64,000 bases of DNA from an uncultured Gemmatimonadaceae bacterium. Its GTDB lineage: Bacteria > Gemmatimonadota > Gemmatimonadetes > Gemmatimonadales > Gemmatimonadaceae. The translations under genes were made by a program, and so were the position numbers. Position 1 is the stretch's first letter. Each line of letters starts with the position of its first letter. The stretch is taken from assembly GCA_963761305.1 (NCBI GenBank), contig CAVXGK010000002.1:2336001-2400000 (forward strand). Reading direction: 5' to 3'. Below, piece by piece: positions 28,535 to 39,110 of the stretch. The notes under the pieces are model-generated. The model was not told where the DNA came from. It did not search any database and saw only the letters and a program-made list of their open reading frames with translations.

Positions 28535-31500
28535 ATGTCATTCGTCCACCTGCACTGCCACTCCGAATTCTCCCTCCTCGACGGCGCCAATCGGATCGAT
28601 GACCTGATCCGTCGGGCTCAGGAGTTCGAGCAGCCGGCGGTCGCCATCACCGATCACGGCAACCTCCACGCGGCCTGGGAGTTCCAGGAGCACGCCCGCG
28701 CCGCGGGAATCAAGCCGATCATCGGGATGGAGGCCTACGTCGCGCCCGGAGACCGGCGCACCCGCGGCCGGACGACCCCGACAGCCAAGCCCTACTACCA
28801 TTTGATCCTGCTCGCGCGGGACGCCGTCGGCTACAAGAACCTCGTCAAGCTCTCGTCGCTCGCGTACACGGAAGGCTTCTACTCCCGACCGCGCGTCGAC
28901 CGCGAGCTGCTGGCCAAATACAGCGAGGGGTTGATCGTCTCGTCGGCCTGTCTGGCCGGTGAGGTCGCCCAGCATCTCATGGCCGAGGACTACGGCGCGG
29001 CCCGCGAGGCGGCGAGCTGGTACGCCGAGCTGTTCAAGGATCGCTACTACCTCGAGGTGCAGGCGCACGACAGCGAGGGGCAGGCGATCCTCAACCCACG
29101 CGTTTTCGCGCTGGCCACGGAGCTCGGCCTGCCCGTCGTCGCCACCAACGACGCGCACTTCCTCAAGAGCGACGACCACGACGCGCACGACGTCCTGCTC
29201 TGCATCGGGCTCGGCAAGGATCGCAGCGATCCCGACCGGATGCGCTACGATCGCGGGCTCTACTTCAAGAGCGGGCCCGAGATGGCGAAGCAGTTCGCCG
29301 ATCGGCCCGACGTCATCGAGAACACGCTGCGCATCGCCGATCAGATCAACGTCGAGTTCGGGAAGAAGTACCACCTGCCCGCCTTCCCGCTGCCGGCCGG
29401 CGTCGCGACTGAGAACGACCTGCTGATGACGCTCGCCGTCGACGGCGCGAAGGAGCGCTACGGCGACCCGCTCCCCGCCAACGTAAGCGAACGCCTCGAC
29501 TACGAGCTAGGCGTCATTACCAAGACCGGCTACGCCGGCTACTTCCTCATCGTCGCCGACTTCATCAAGGCGGCGCGCGATCGCGGAATTCCCGTCGGAC
29601 CGGGCCGCGGTTCGGCCGCCGGGTCGCTCGTCGCCTACTCGCTGCGCATCACCGACGTCGATCCGCTCTTCTACGATCTGCTGTTCGAGCGTTTTCTCAA
29701 TCCCGAACGCATCTCGATGCCCGACGTCGACGTCGACTTCTGCTTCGAGCGCCGCGGCGAGGTGATCGAGTACGTCCGCCAGAAGTACGGCCGGGAGTCG
29801 GTCTGCCAGATCGTGACGTTCGGGACGATGAAGTCGCGCGCCGCGATCAAGGACGTCGGCCGCACGCTCGGCTTCACGCCCGCGGAAACCGATTCGCTCG
29901 CCAAGCTGATTCCCAACCAGCCGAACTTCTCGCTCACCGTCAAAGAAGCGATCGAGAAGCTCGACGACGTCGGCCGCCTCTACCGCACCGACGAGCGCTA
30001 CCGCCAGCTCCTCGACTACGCCTCGGCGCTGGAAGGACTGTCGCGACATACGGGCGTCCACGCCGCGGGCGTCGTCATCGCGCCGGGACCGGTGGACGAC
30101 TACGTGCCGATCTGCACGCAGTCCACCAAGGGCTCCGGTTCGATCGACGAAGAGCAAGTCATCGTGAGCCAGTACGACATGAACTGTCTCGAGCATGCCG
30201 GAATGCTCAAGATGGATTTCCTCGGGCTCACCACGCTCACCGTCTTGCACGATGCGCTCGTCGCGATCGAACAGCGCCACGGCTCGGCGCCCGACTTGAA
30301 CACGATTCCGATGGACGACCCGCCGGTTTATCAGATGTTGCGCGCAGGACGCACAGTCGGCGTGTTTCAATTCGAATCCCCACTCGCAACCGACCTCCTC
30401 CGAGGAATGCGCTGCGACCGGTTCGACGATCTCGTCGCGTCGAACGCGCTCATGCGACCCGGCCCGCTCGACGCCGGGATGCACCGCGTCTATCAGCGGC
30501 GCAAGCGCGGCGAGGAGCCGGTGACCTACGCGCTCCCGGAGCTCCAGCAGATCCTCGAGCCGACGTACGGCGTCATCACCTATCAGGAGCAGGTGATGCG
30601 AATCGCGCAGTTGTTGGCCGGCATCTCGCTCGCCGAAGCCGACGTGCTGCGCAAAGCGGTCGGCAAGAAGGACGCGGAGCTCATCCGCGTGGAGCTCGGC
30701 AAGTTCGTCGAGAAGTCGGTCGCGCGCGGCTACGACCGGCGGATCATCGAAGAGCTGGCGGGACAGATCGAGACGTTCGGCCGCTACGGCTTCAACAAGT
30801 CGCACTCGGTCGCGTATTCGGTGATCTCCTACCAAACCGCATGGCTCAAGGCGCACTACCCGGCCGAGTTCATGGCGGCGCTACTGTCGTCGTCGATCGG
30901 CGACACGGACAGCGTCGTGAAGTTCATCAACGAGGCGCGCGAGCTGGGAATCGAGGTGCTCGCGCCGGACGTGAACGAGTCGGGCTACAAGTTCACGGTC
31001 ATCGGCGACAAGCGAATCCGTTTCGGGCTGGGCGCCATTCGAAACGTGGGACGATCGGCGATCGATTCGATGCTCGCCGCGCGGGCCGAGAAACCTTTCA
31101 GCTCGTTCTACGACTTCTGCGAGCGTGTGGACCTCCGCCTCTGCAACAAGCGCGTGATCGAAGCGATGATCGCCTCGGGCGCGCTCGACAATCTCGGTGG
31201 CCACCGCGCGCAGTTCGCGGCGGTGCTCGACAGCGCGCTGGCCGAGGCGTCGCTCAAGCAGCAGGAAGCGGCGGTGGGACAGTTCTCGCTGCTCGGCGGC
31301 GTCGACGAGTCGGCCGGGACAGCGGCCAAGCCTCGCGTGTTGCCCAACATCGCGCCCACTCAGCGAATCCGAGCGCCTCACGAAAGAGAAGGAGATCCTC
31401 GGTTTCTATATCTCGGGGCATCCGTTGGAGCCGTTCCGCGTCGAGTGCGAGCTGTTCGCCACGCACACGGTCTCGGAGCTCGGCAAGTGGACGGACCAGC

Positions 31501-32042
31501 CGTTGGCGCTGGGCGTGGTTGTGACCGCTGTCAAGAGGCAAATCAGCAGAAAATCGGGATCTGAGTTTGCGCGGTTGACAGTCGAGGATTTTTCGGGATC
31601 TTCGGAAGTTCTGGTCTTTCCGGAAGCGTGGAGTCTTCTGGCCGACCGGGTGAAGACCGACATACCTGTTCTGCTCAAAGGCAGTTACTCGCGGCGCGAC
31701 CAGGACGCGGACAACCCGACGTTCATCGTCGAATCGCTCACGCCTTTGGTGGAGAAGCGGCTGAATGGCGAGGTGGCGGTGGCGATCGATCTCCAGCTGG
31801 GGGACACACTGACGCCGGACGTGATGCGAGACGTGCGGGTGGTGGTCGAGACGCACGCGACGGCGAACGCCTCATCGCCGCCGCTCGAAGTGCAATGGGT
31901 TGACGGAAGCGGTTCACGCGCGCGGCTCAAGTCGCGCTCGTTGAAGTTGGCGGCGTCGCAAGCCGCGTTGCGCGATCTGCGTCAGTTGCTCGGCGAAGAT
32001 CGAGTGCGGGTGGTACGAGCGGGGAACGCCGAGAGGAACTGA
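28535..32042 (+). CDS. dnaE: DNA polymerase III alpha subunit; one frameshift at about 31355-31357
   Basis: PHP motif [38 protein letters not shown]. The OB-fold tail ([14 protein letters not shown]) continues in another frame after gcgCCCactc. Confidence 0.95.
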
Positions 32043-32043
32043 C

Positions 32044-33012
32044 GTGGGAACTTCTGCAACACTGGACTTCGAAAAACCGATCGTCGAGTTGGAAAAGCAG
32101 ATCGACGAGCTGAAGCGGCTCGCCGGCGGCCAGCAACTCGACGTCAACGACGAGATCGCGCCGCTCGAGCGCAAGCTCGCCGATTTGCGCGGTGAGATTT
32201 ACAAGAACCTCACGCCGTGGCAGCGCGTGCAGGTCGCGCGGAGCGCGAAGCGGCCATTCACGCTCGACTACATCCAACACGCGTTCACCGACTTCATCGA
32301 GTTGCACGGTGACAGGGCATTTCGAGAGGATGCGGCCATCGTCGGCGGCTGGGCGCGCCTCGACGGCGAGACGGTGATGGTCATCGGCCACCAGCGCGGC
32401 CGCGATACGAAAGAGATTCTCAAGCGCAACTTCGGGATGCCGCATCCCGAGGGGTATCGCAAGGCGCTGCGGCTCATGAAGCTCGCCGAGAAGTTCTCGG
32501 TCCCTGTGATCACGTTCATCGACACGATGGGCGCGTGGGCCGGGCTCGGCGCCGAAGAACGCGGGCAGTCGGAAGCGATCGCGCGCAATCTGTTCGAGAT
32601 GAGCCGGCTCGAAGTGCCGATCATCGCCACGGTCATCGGCGAAGGCGGCTCGGGCGGCGCGCTCGCGCTCGGCGTCTCCGACCGGACGAACATGCTCGAG
32701 AACGCCGTCTACTCGGTCATCACGGTGGAAGGCTGCGCGTCCATTCTATGGAAGGACGGCAAGAGCCAGGAGCTACGCGAAAAGGCGGCGTCGGCGCTCC
32801 GAATCACGGCACAGGACCTCCAGGAATTGCGCGTCATCGACGAGATTATTCCTGAGCCGCCCGGCGGTGCGCACGCCAACCACGAGGCCGCCGCGGCGAA
32901 CGTGCACGACACGCTCGTCCGACAGCTCGAGGACCTGCGCCGGCACAAGCCGGACAAGCTCGTCCGACGGCGGCGTCAGAAGTTCATGCGCATCGGACAA
33001 TATCTGGAGTGA
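32044..33012 (+). CDS. accA: Acetyl-CoA carboxylase carboxyltransferase alpha
   Basis: [37 protein letters not shown]. Confidence 0.97.
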   Translation: MGTSATLDFEKPIVELEKQIDELKRLAGGQQLDVNDEIAPLERKLADLRGEIYKNLTPWQRVQVARSAKRPFTLDYIQHAFTDFIELHGDRAFREDAAIVGGWARLDGETVMVIGHQRGRDTKEILKRNFGMPHPEGYRKALRLMKLAEKFSVPVITFIDTMGAWAGLGAEERGQSEAIARNLFEMSRLEVPIIATVIGEGGSGGALALGVSDRTNMLENAVYSVITVEGCASILWKDGKSQELREKAASALRITAQDLQELRVIDEIIPEPPGGAHANHEAAAANVHDTLVRQLEDLRRHKPDKLVRRRRQKFMRIGQYLE

Positions 33013-33037
33013 CAGGTGGACCCGTCCACCCGCATTC

Positions 33038-34270
33038 ATGTCTCACCTGATCGAAGTCGCCTTCAAGGGCAACCGAAAAGATTTCTTCCTCTGGGAGTCC
33101 GAGGATCCGCCGCCGCTCAAAGCCGCGGTGATCGTCGACGCCGACCGGGGTGAGGACCTCGGCCGCGTGCACGCGTTGGGCGAGCTCGCCGCCAAGCGAA
33201 ACGCCGGAACGCCGCACGGCTACGGCAACATGGGCACGACCAAGAAGGCGCGTCGCCTGGCGAGCAAGGACGACGAGCGTCGCGCGAGCGACCTACGGGT
33301 GCAGGACGACGACGCGCGGCGACGCGCCATGGAGCGCGTGAACGCCAACAAGCTGGCGATGAAGCTGTCCGACGCCGAATGGCAGTGGGACCGCAAGAAG
33401 CTCACGTTGTATTTCACCGCCGAAAAGCGAATCGACTTCCGCGCGCTCGTGCGCGAGCTGGCGTCGATGTTCCGCACGCGCATCGAGCTGAAGCAGATCG
33501 GCGTGCGCGACGAAGCCAAGCGTCTCGATGGCGTCGGCCGCTGCGGCCGCCAATATTGCTCGGCGTCGTGGCTCCCCGAGCTCCGTCCGGTGAACCTCGG
33601 CGTGGCGAAGGATCAGCGCTTGTCGCTCAACCCGTCGCAGATCTCCGGGGCATGCGGGCGGCTGATGTGCTGTCTGCGGTACGAACACGAGTTCTACGTG
33701 CAGAGCCGCAAGCGTTTCCCGAAGGAAGGCAGAATCGTGAAGACGAAAGTCGGCGAGGAGAAGGTCGTCGCCAACGACATCTTTCGCGAACGCGTCACGC
33801 TGCGCGGCGACGACGGCGAGCAACGCACGATTGCCTTGCTCGATTTGCGCGAAGAGGCCGAGTCAGTCGGCGCGCCGCTCCCCTTCGCGCCCGCGCCGGC
33901 GATCGTGACGCTCGACGAGCACGAGGAGGATATTGTCTTCGAGGAAGCCGTCGTAGCGGACAGGGTGGTCGTGGTGGAACCGGCCGAAGAAGGTGGACCG
34001 GTGGACGTGTGGACCGGTGAGCCGGGGGAAACCGCGGAAGAAGAAGAAGACGGTGAACCCGAGGAAACCGCTGAACCGTTCGAACCTTCCCGTGGTCCAG
34101 CCGTCAAGACGTCCACCCGTGAGGTCGGCCAGCCGGGCGAACACACACCGCCCGGGACCGACCACATCAAACGTCCCCGCCGCCGACGCGGTCGTCGCGG
34201 CGGACGACGCAACCGCCCGGGCGGAAATCGCGGTCCGTCGGACGGCACGCCACCGGCCAACAGCGATTGA
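33038..34270 (+). CDS. PSP1/RicT (YaaT) family protein with acidic/basic C-terminal tail
   Basis: LYFTAEKRIDFRALVREL, RIELKQIGVRDEAK, GRCGRQYCS, ISGACGRLMCCLRYE. Confidence 0.9.
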   Translation: MSHLIEVAFKGNRKDFFLWESEDPPPLKAAVIVDADRGEDLGRVHALGELAAKRNAGTPHGYGNMGTTKKARRLASKDDERRASDLRVQDDDARRRAMERVNANKLAMKLSDAEWQWDRKKLTLYFTAEKRIDFRALVRELASMFRTRIELKQIGVRDEAKRLDGVGRCGRQYCSASWLPELRPVNLGVAKDQRLSLNPSQISGACGRLMCCLRYEHEFYVQSRKRFPKEGRIVKTKVGEEKVVANDIFRERVTLRGDDGEQRTIALLDLREEAESVGAPLPFAPAPAIVTLDEHEEDIVFEEAVVADRVVVVEPAEEGGPVDVWTGEPGETAEEEEDGEPEETAEPFEPSRGPAVKTSTREVGQPGEHTPPGTDHIKRPRRRRGRRGGRRNRPGGNRGPSDGTPPANSD

Positions 34271-35835
34271 TGGCCAAGTTCTACCTCACGACCGCGATCG
34301 ACTACGCGAACGGCGAACCGCACATCGGCCATGCGTACGAGAAGATCGGCGCCGACACGATCGCGCGGTATCACCGCATGCGCGGCGACGACGTCTATTT
34401 CCTCACCGGACTCGACGAGCACGGCCAGAAAGTCGCGCAGGCGGCAGCCGAGCGCGGCGTGTCGCCGCAGCAGTTCGTCGACTCGATCGCCGGGCGCTTC
34501 GAGGACATGTGGCACCGGCTGTCCATTTCGTACGACCGCTTCATGCGCACGACGGGCGAGGACCACAAGCGCGGGGTCCGCGCGCTCATCAAGCGCATCC
34601 ACGATGCCTCGCCCGACGACTTTTATGAGAAGTCGTATGAAGGCTGGTACTGCGTAGGCTGCGAGCTGTTCAAGCGCGACGACGAGATCGAGAACGGCCA
34701 CTGCGTCCTGCACCCGACGCGCGAGCTGCAGTGGACCACGGAGCGCAACTGGTTCTTTCGACTCACGCGCTACGAACCGTTCCTGCGACGGTTGTTCGCC
34801 GAGCGCCCGCAGTTTCTCGAACCCGAGACGCGGCGCAACGAGATCCTGTCGCTGATCGAGCAGGGACTCGAGGACATCTCGATCACGCGATCGCGATTGT
34901 CGTGGGCGATTCCCTTCCCGCTCCAACTCTCGAACGGCGAAGAGCAAGGCACGTGGGTCTGGTTCGACGCGCTGCCGAACTATCTCACGGCCACCGGATT
35001 TCCGGAGAAGCGCTACCACGACCGCTGGCCCGCGCAGTTGCACGTCATCGGCAAGGACATCACGCGGCTGCACGCGGTCGTCTGGCCGGCGATGCTGCAG
35101 GCCGCCGAGCTGCCGCTCCCGGAGCGCGTGTGGGCGCACGGATTCGTGTTGCTCGGCGGCGAGCGGTTCAGCAAGTCCGCCGGCGTTCGCCTCGACGTCG
35201 ACGAAGCGATCAACCGATACGGTGCCGACGCGCTCCGCTATTTCCTGCTCCGCGAAGTCGCCTTCGACACCGACGGCAGCTTCTCCTTCGAGCGCTACGA
35301 CGAGCGCTACACGTCCGACCTCGCCAACTCACTCGGCAACCTGGCGAGCCGCGCGATCTCGATGGTCGAGAAGTATTGCGAAGGCGTCGTCCCACAGGGC
35401 TCGGCGATGGAGATCGACCGTGCCGACGCCGCCGATCTCGCCGAGTATCACGCGGCGCTCGACGGCAGCCGCGGCTACATGCTGCACGATGGACTCAAGC
35501 GCGTGATGTCATCCGTGGCGCGGGGCAACGAGTTCGTCCAGGCGCAGCAACCGTGGGCGCTCGCGAAAAAACCCGAGTCGCGCCCCGATCTCGATCGAGC
35601 CCTCGCCGCGATCGTCCGACAGCTGGCGCGTCACGCCATCCACCTCGCGCCGTTCATGCCGAACAAGACGCAGGAGCTGTGGATGCAGCTCGGCGGCCCG
35701 GGCCGCGTCGAAGATCAGCGTTTCGATTCCGTCGCCGCGCTCGACGTTACCGGTTGGCACGTCGCCAAGGGACCTGCCTTGTTCCCGCGACCCGAATCAC
35801 CGGGAACCGCCGCTCGGGCTGGCAACAACGATTAG
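34270..35835 (+). CDS. metG: Methionine--tRNA ligase (short form)
   Basis: YLTTAIDYANGEPHIGH, CVGCE knuckle, WFDALPNY, GKDI, RFSKS in place of KMSKS. Confidence 0.95.
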   Translation: MAKFYLTTAIDYANGEPHIGHAYEKIGADTIARYHRMRGDDVYFLTGLDEHGQKVAQAAAERGVSPQQFVDSIAGRFEDMWHRLSISYDRFMRTTGEDHKRGVRALIKRIHDASPDDFYEKSYEGWYCVGCELFKRDDEIENGHCVLHPTRELQWTTERNWFFRLTRYEPFLRRLFAERPQFLEPETRRNEILSLIEQGLEDISITRSRLSWAIPFPLQLSNGEEQGTWVWFDALPNYLTATGFPEKRYHDRWPAQLHVIGKDITRLHAVVWPAMLQAAELPLPERVWAHGFVLLGGERFSKSAGVRLDVDEAINRYGADALRYFLLREVAFDTDGSFSFERYDERYTSDLANSLGNLASRAISMVEKYCEGVVPQGSAMEIDRADAADLAEYHAALDGSRGYMLHDGLKRVMSSVARGNEFVQAQQPWALAKKPESRPDLDRALAAIVRQLARHAIHLAPFMPNKTQELWMQLGGPGRVEDQRFDSVAALDVTGWHVAKGPALFPRPESPGTAARAGNND

Positions 35836-35966
35836 TAAACGGACACAAACGGATTAGACGGACACAGACGGAAACGGCGCCTGGTCAAAAGCCGAAAAAA
35901 CTTTGTTGTTGCAGTCTCCGCGTGTGTCAGCAGTTCAATCCGTTGGTGTCCGTGTATCAATCGTTG
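35827..35966. repeat. About 140-bp inverted-repeat element built from ACGGACACA/ACGGATT units, overlapping the metG stop
   Basis: caacgatt..acggacacaaacggatt (35827-35855) pairs with aatccgttggtgtccgt..aatcgttg (35937-35966). Confidence 0.75.
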
Positions 35967-36010
35967 ATGCCAGATCCCACGACTGGCACGAAGGACGATA
36001 CAGACCTACC

Positions 36011-36598
36011 CTATGGCTTTGCCGGCGGAGGCGTCGTCGCCGGTTTCGAGAAATCAACCGTCGGCGGCCCTTGCTGAGCGTTCGCGGTCGCCGTGAAGTA
36101 CGTGCGCGGCTTGGCTCCGGTCACCTTCGCGGTGAAGACGGCCGGGAATTGCCGGATGTACGCGTTGTACTGGTTCACGGCGTTGTTGTAGTCGTTGCGC
36201 GAGACCGCGATCCGATTCTCCGTGCCAGTGAGCTCGTCCTGCAACCGGATGAAGCTCTGGTCGGCCTTCAAGTTCGGATACGCTTCGACGTTGATCATCA
36301 GCCGGCTGAGCGACGACGTGAGCTTCGCGTCCGCGTCGGCCATCGTACCGGCGTCGTGCGTTTGCAGCGCGCTCACCAGCCCGGCGCGCGCCCGCGTGAC
36401 CTCCTCGAGCGTTTCCTGCTCGTGCGTCGCGTAGCCCTTCACCGTGCTGACGAGATTCGGAATCAGATCGGCGCGGCGCTGCAGCTGCACCTCGATCTGT
36501 CCCTGCGCCGAATTGGCCTGCTCGTCGAGCCGCTGAATGGTGTTGTACCCGCACGAAGCCAGCAGGGGCAGCAGCAAAAGGGCGAGCCAGCGTTTCAT
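36011..36598 (-). CDS. lemA: LemA family lipoprotein
   Basis: LASC lipobox, LQRRADLIPNLV, EAYPNLKA, LQDELTGTENRIAV, YN..IRQFP. Confidence 0.93.
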   Translation of the reverse strand: MKRWLALLLLPLLASCGYNTIQRLDEQANSAQGQIEVQLQRRADLIPNLVSTVKGYATHEQETLEEVTRARAGLVSALQTHDAGTMADADAKLTSSLSRLMINVEAYPNLKADQSFIRLQDELTGTENRIAVSRNDYNNAVNQYNAYIRQFPAVFTAKVTGAKPRTYFTATANAQQGPPTVDFSKPATTPPPAKP

Positions 36599-36675
36599 GG
36601 TCGTGCTCCGAGAGACGAACTGTGGGTGGAAGCCTGCGCTCACACTACGTAACACGCTCGAGCCGGGTGCCAACA

Positions 36676-37395
36676 TCACCCAACCGGCTGGAAATGATCG
36701 AGATACGACACCAAGCGCTCCATGCCCCGCAGATAGCCGGCCAACACATCGCCGGCCTCGGCCGCCCGGAGCGCCGGTTCGTTTCGGATGTGCTTCACCA
36801 CGCGAACGAACGGCGCCGCGTCGAATCCGGCGCGCTGCCCCACCGCTTCGACGAGTTGAACGTTGTCCTTCGGCGGCTGCGAAGCATGCAGCCGGAGAAA
36901 CGCGCGGAAGAGGACGAGTATCGGACTCAGGCTCTCCGACAACAGCTCGAGCTCGCGATCCTGATCGTTGCCCGCGCCGAGCAGTCCCTGACGAAGACGG
37001 AGCAGCTTGCCCATCGTCTCCTGCTCGACCTGGAGACGCAGATCCCGCGGGTCGACGCGGATTCCGTCGAACGGCGGCTCGCCGTGCAGCACGCGATGCC
37101 GGTCGAGAATGTCGGCGTACTCCATCGGGAAGATGTCGGCCGAGCCGAGCCACTCTTCCCGCGTGAGAGTGAGCGGCGCGTGGTTGCCGGCGTCCACCCA
37201 CGCGCGCGACGCCGCCGACGCCGCGCGCAATCGCGACGCGTCGAGCGAGTCGACGATGACGAGCACGTTGTGATCCTGCTTCTTGGCGCCCGCCTCACCC
37301 CCCGCCGACGAGCCATACAGCACGATCGATCGAAGCGCGGTGCCGTACGCCGCGCGCAGTTGCTTCACCAGTTCGTCCAATGTCATTCGCGCCAT
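36676..37395 (-). CDS. Nucleotidyltransferase-domain protein
   Basis: SIVLYGSSAGG..DHNVLV (GS and DxN motifs), DIFPMEYADI. Confidence 0.75.
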   Translation of the reverse strand: MARMTLDELVKQLRAAYGTALRSIVLYGSSAGGEAGAKKQDHNVLVIVDSLDASRLRAASAASRAWVDAGNHAPLTLTREEWLGSADIFPMEYADILDRHRVLHGEPPFDGIRVDPRDLRLQVEQETMGKLLRLRQGLLGAGNDQDRELELLSESLSPILVLFRAFLRLHASQPPKDNVQLVEAVGQRAGFDAAPFVRVVKHIRNEPALRAAEAGDVLAGYLRGMERLVSYLDHFQPVG

Positions 37396-37398
37396 GGG

Positions 37399-38241
37399 TC
37401 ACCAAGATCCGCTGGAGCCGCCACCGCCGAAACCACCGCCACCACCGAAACCTCCGAATCCGCCACCACCACCGCCGCCGAACCCGCCGCCCCCCCAGCC
37501 ACCGCCGCCACCGCCTCCCCTCCAGCCGCCACCGCCTAAGGGCAGGAAGATCGGCAAGCACCCTCCGCCACGACGGCCTCTGGTCACCAACGATATGATG
37601 AAAAAGAGCAGGAAGAACCAGACGATCGGCGGAATGCCACCACCTGAGTTGCTGCGTCGCTGCACCGGCTGAACGTCGATTTGCGGCTGGACGTTCGGAT
37701 TGACCTGGAAGTTGAATTCGTTCGCGAAATGGGCGGCGATGCTGTCGACCATCAACAGAATGCCGGAGCCGTAATCACGATTTTTGAAATAAGGAATCGC
37801 GAGGTCGCGGAACTCGCCCGTCGTCGCGTCGGTGAGGAATCCTTCGGCGCCGAAGCCGACCTCGGTGCGAATGTGGCCTTGCCCATCGGCGCTCGTTTCC
37901 TTCGGCACCACGAGCAGAATGACGCCGGTGTTCTTCGCCGGCTGGCCGGGATTGCCCTTCTTGCCCACGGCCCACTGCCGGCCGATCTCGAGTCCCACCT
38001 CTTCGACCGGCCGCCCTTTGAGATCCGGCAGCGTGACGACGACGATCTCACCGCCCGACTTGGCCTTCACATCGTCGATGATTGCCGAGATGGCGGCGAC
38101 TTTGTCCGGAGGAATGACGTGCGCGAAGTCGTTGACGTAGCCGACCGGCGCGGGAAGCTGGAGCGCCTGCGCCTGGGCGCTCCCATGCACCACCGCGGTC
38201 AGCGAGGCGAGAATCCAGAGCGCGAGCGAGCGGATGTGCAC
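37399..38241 (-). CDS. TPM-domain membrane protein (YgcG-like)
   Basis: GYVNDFAHVI, RTEVGFGAEGFLTD, TM helix, Gly-rich tail ending GGGGSSGSW. Confidence 0.9.
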   Translation of the reverse strand: MHIRSLALWILASLTAVVHGSAQAQALQLPAPVGYVNDFAHVIPPDKVAAISAIIDDVKAKSGGEIVVVTLPDLKGRPVEEVGLEIGRQWAVGKKGNPGQPAKNTGVILLVVPKETSADGQGHIRTEVGFGAEGFLTDATTGEFRDLAIPYFKNRDYGSGILLMVDSIAAHFANEFNFQVNPNVQPQIDVQPVQRRSNSGGGIPPIVWFFLLFFIISLVTRGRRGGGCLPIFLPLGGGGWRGGGGGGGWGGGGFGGGGGGGFGGFGGGGGFGGGGSSGSW

Positions 38242-38370
38242 GGTCGAAGGCTACCCCACTCGTTCCCTTCGTGGAAGCGGCCTTGCGGCGAACGCAGGGG
38301 CAGCCCGCGCAGCGACCCAGCACGGCAACCAAGGAATTGGCGGGTCCCCTGTACGCGCGTAGATTCATAG

Positions 38371-39093
38371 ATGACAATGTCATACCGCTCACTGGGAAGA
38401 CCGAAACGCACTGCCGTCGCGCTTGCCGCGACCGCCTTTCTGGCCCTTGGCTGTTCTCGCGGCGACGCCGCCGGCGGCGGTGGCAAGTCCGCCGCTGCAC
38501 CTGCCACGACGGTGGCCTCGGCCGCCCCTGCCGCGAATCCCGCCCAGGATTCGGTCGCCGTGAAAGCAGATCGCGGCCGGATACTCGGCGACTCGGCGGC
38601 GAAGGTCTGGCTCGTCATGGCCAGCGACTTTCAGTGTCCCTTCTGCAAGCAATGGCACGACGCGTCGTTCGCCAACGTCGTCCAGAAATACGTGAAGACC
38701 GGACGCGTGCGCATGGCCTACCTCAACATGCCGCTCAGCATCCACCCGTTCGCCAAGCCGGCCGCCGAGGCGGCGATGTGCGCGTCGGCGCAGAGCAAGT
38801 TCTGGCCGATGCACGACTCGCTCTTCGCGACGCAGCGAATCTGGGAGACGCTACAGAGCCCCAGCTCGTTCTTCGACACGTTGGCGAGCCACAACCACGT
38901 CGACATGGCGAGCTGGCGGACGTGCGTGACGCAGCATCTCACGATGCCGCTCATCGACGCCGACTACGAACGCGCGCACAACGCCGGCGTCATCTCGACC
39001 CCGACGTTCATCATCGGCGCGACGAAGCTCGCCAGCGCCGATGCCGACGTCGCCGGTGCGCTCGACTCGGCGCTCGCGAAAGTCAAACCGTAG
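38371..39093 (+). CDS. DsbA-family thioredoxin-fold lipoprotein
   Basis: LALGC lipobox, SDFQCPFC, STPTF cis-Pro loop. Confidence 0.88.
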   Translation: MTMSYRSLGRPKRTAVALAATAFLALGCSRGDAAGGGGKSAAAPATTVASAAPAANPAQDSVAVKADRGRILGDSAAKVWLVMASDFQCPFCKQWHDASFANVVQKYVKTGRVRMAYLNMPLSIHPFAKPAAEAAMCASAQSKFWPMHDSLFATQRIWETLQSPSSFFDTLASHNHVDMASWRTCVTQHLTMPLIDADYERAHNAGVISTPTFIIGATKLASADADVAGALDSALAKVKP

Positions 39094-39110
39094 TCGACCG
39101 TCACCACTGC

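Noticed and set aside
37399..37540. (CCG/CCA)n trinucleotide run as a separate repeat element
   Set aside because: It simply encodes the usual Gly-rich C-terminal tail of the TPM-domain protein.
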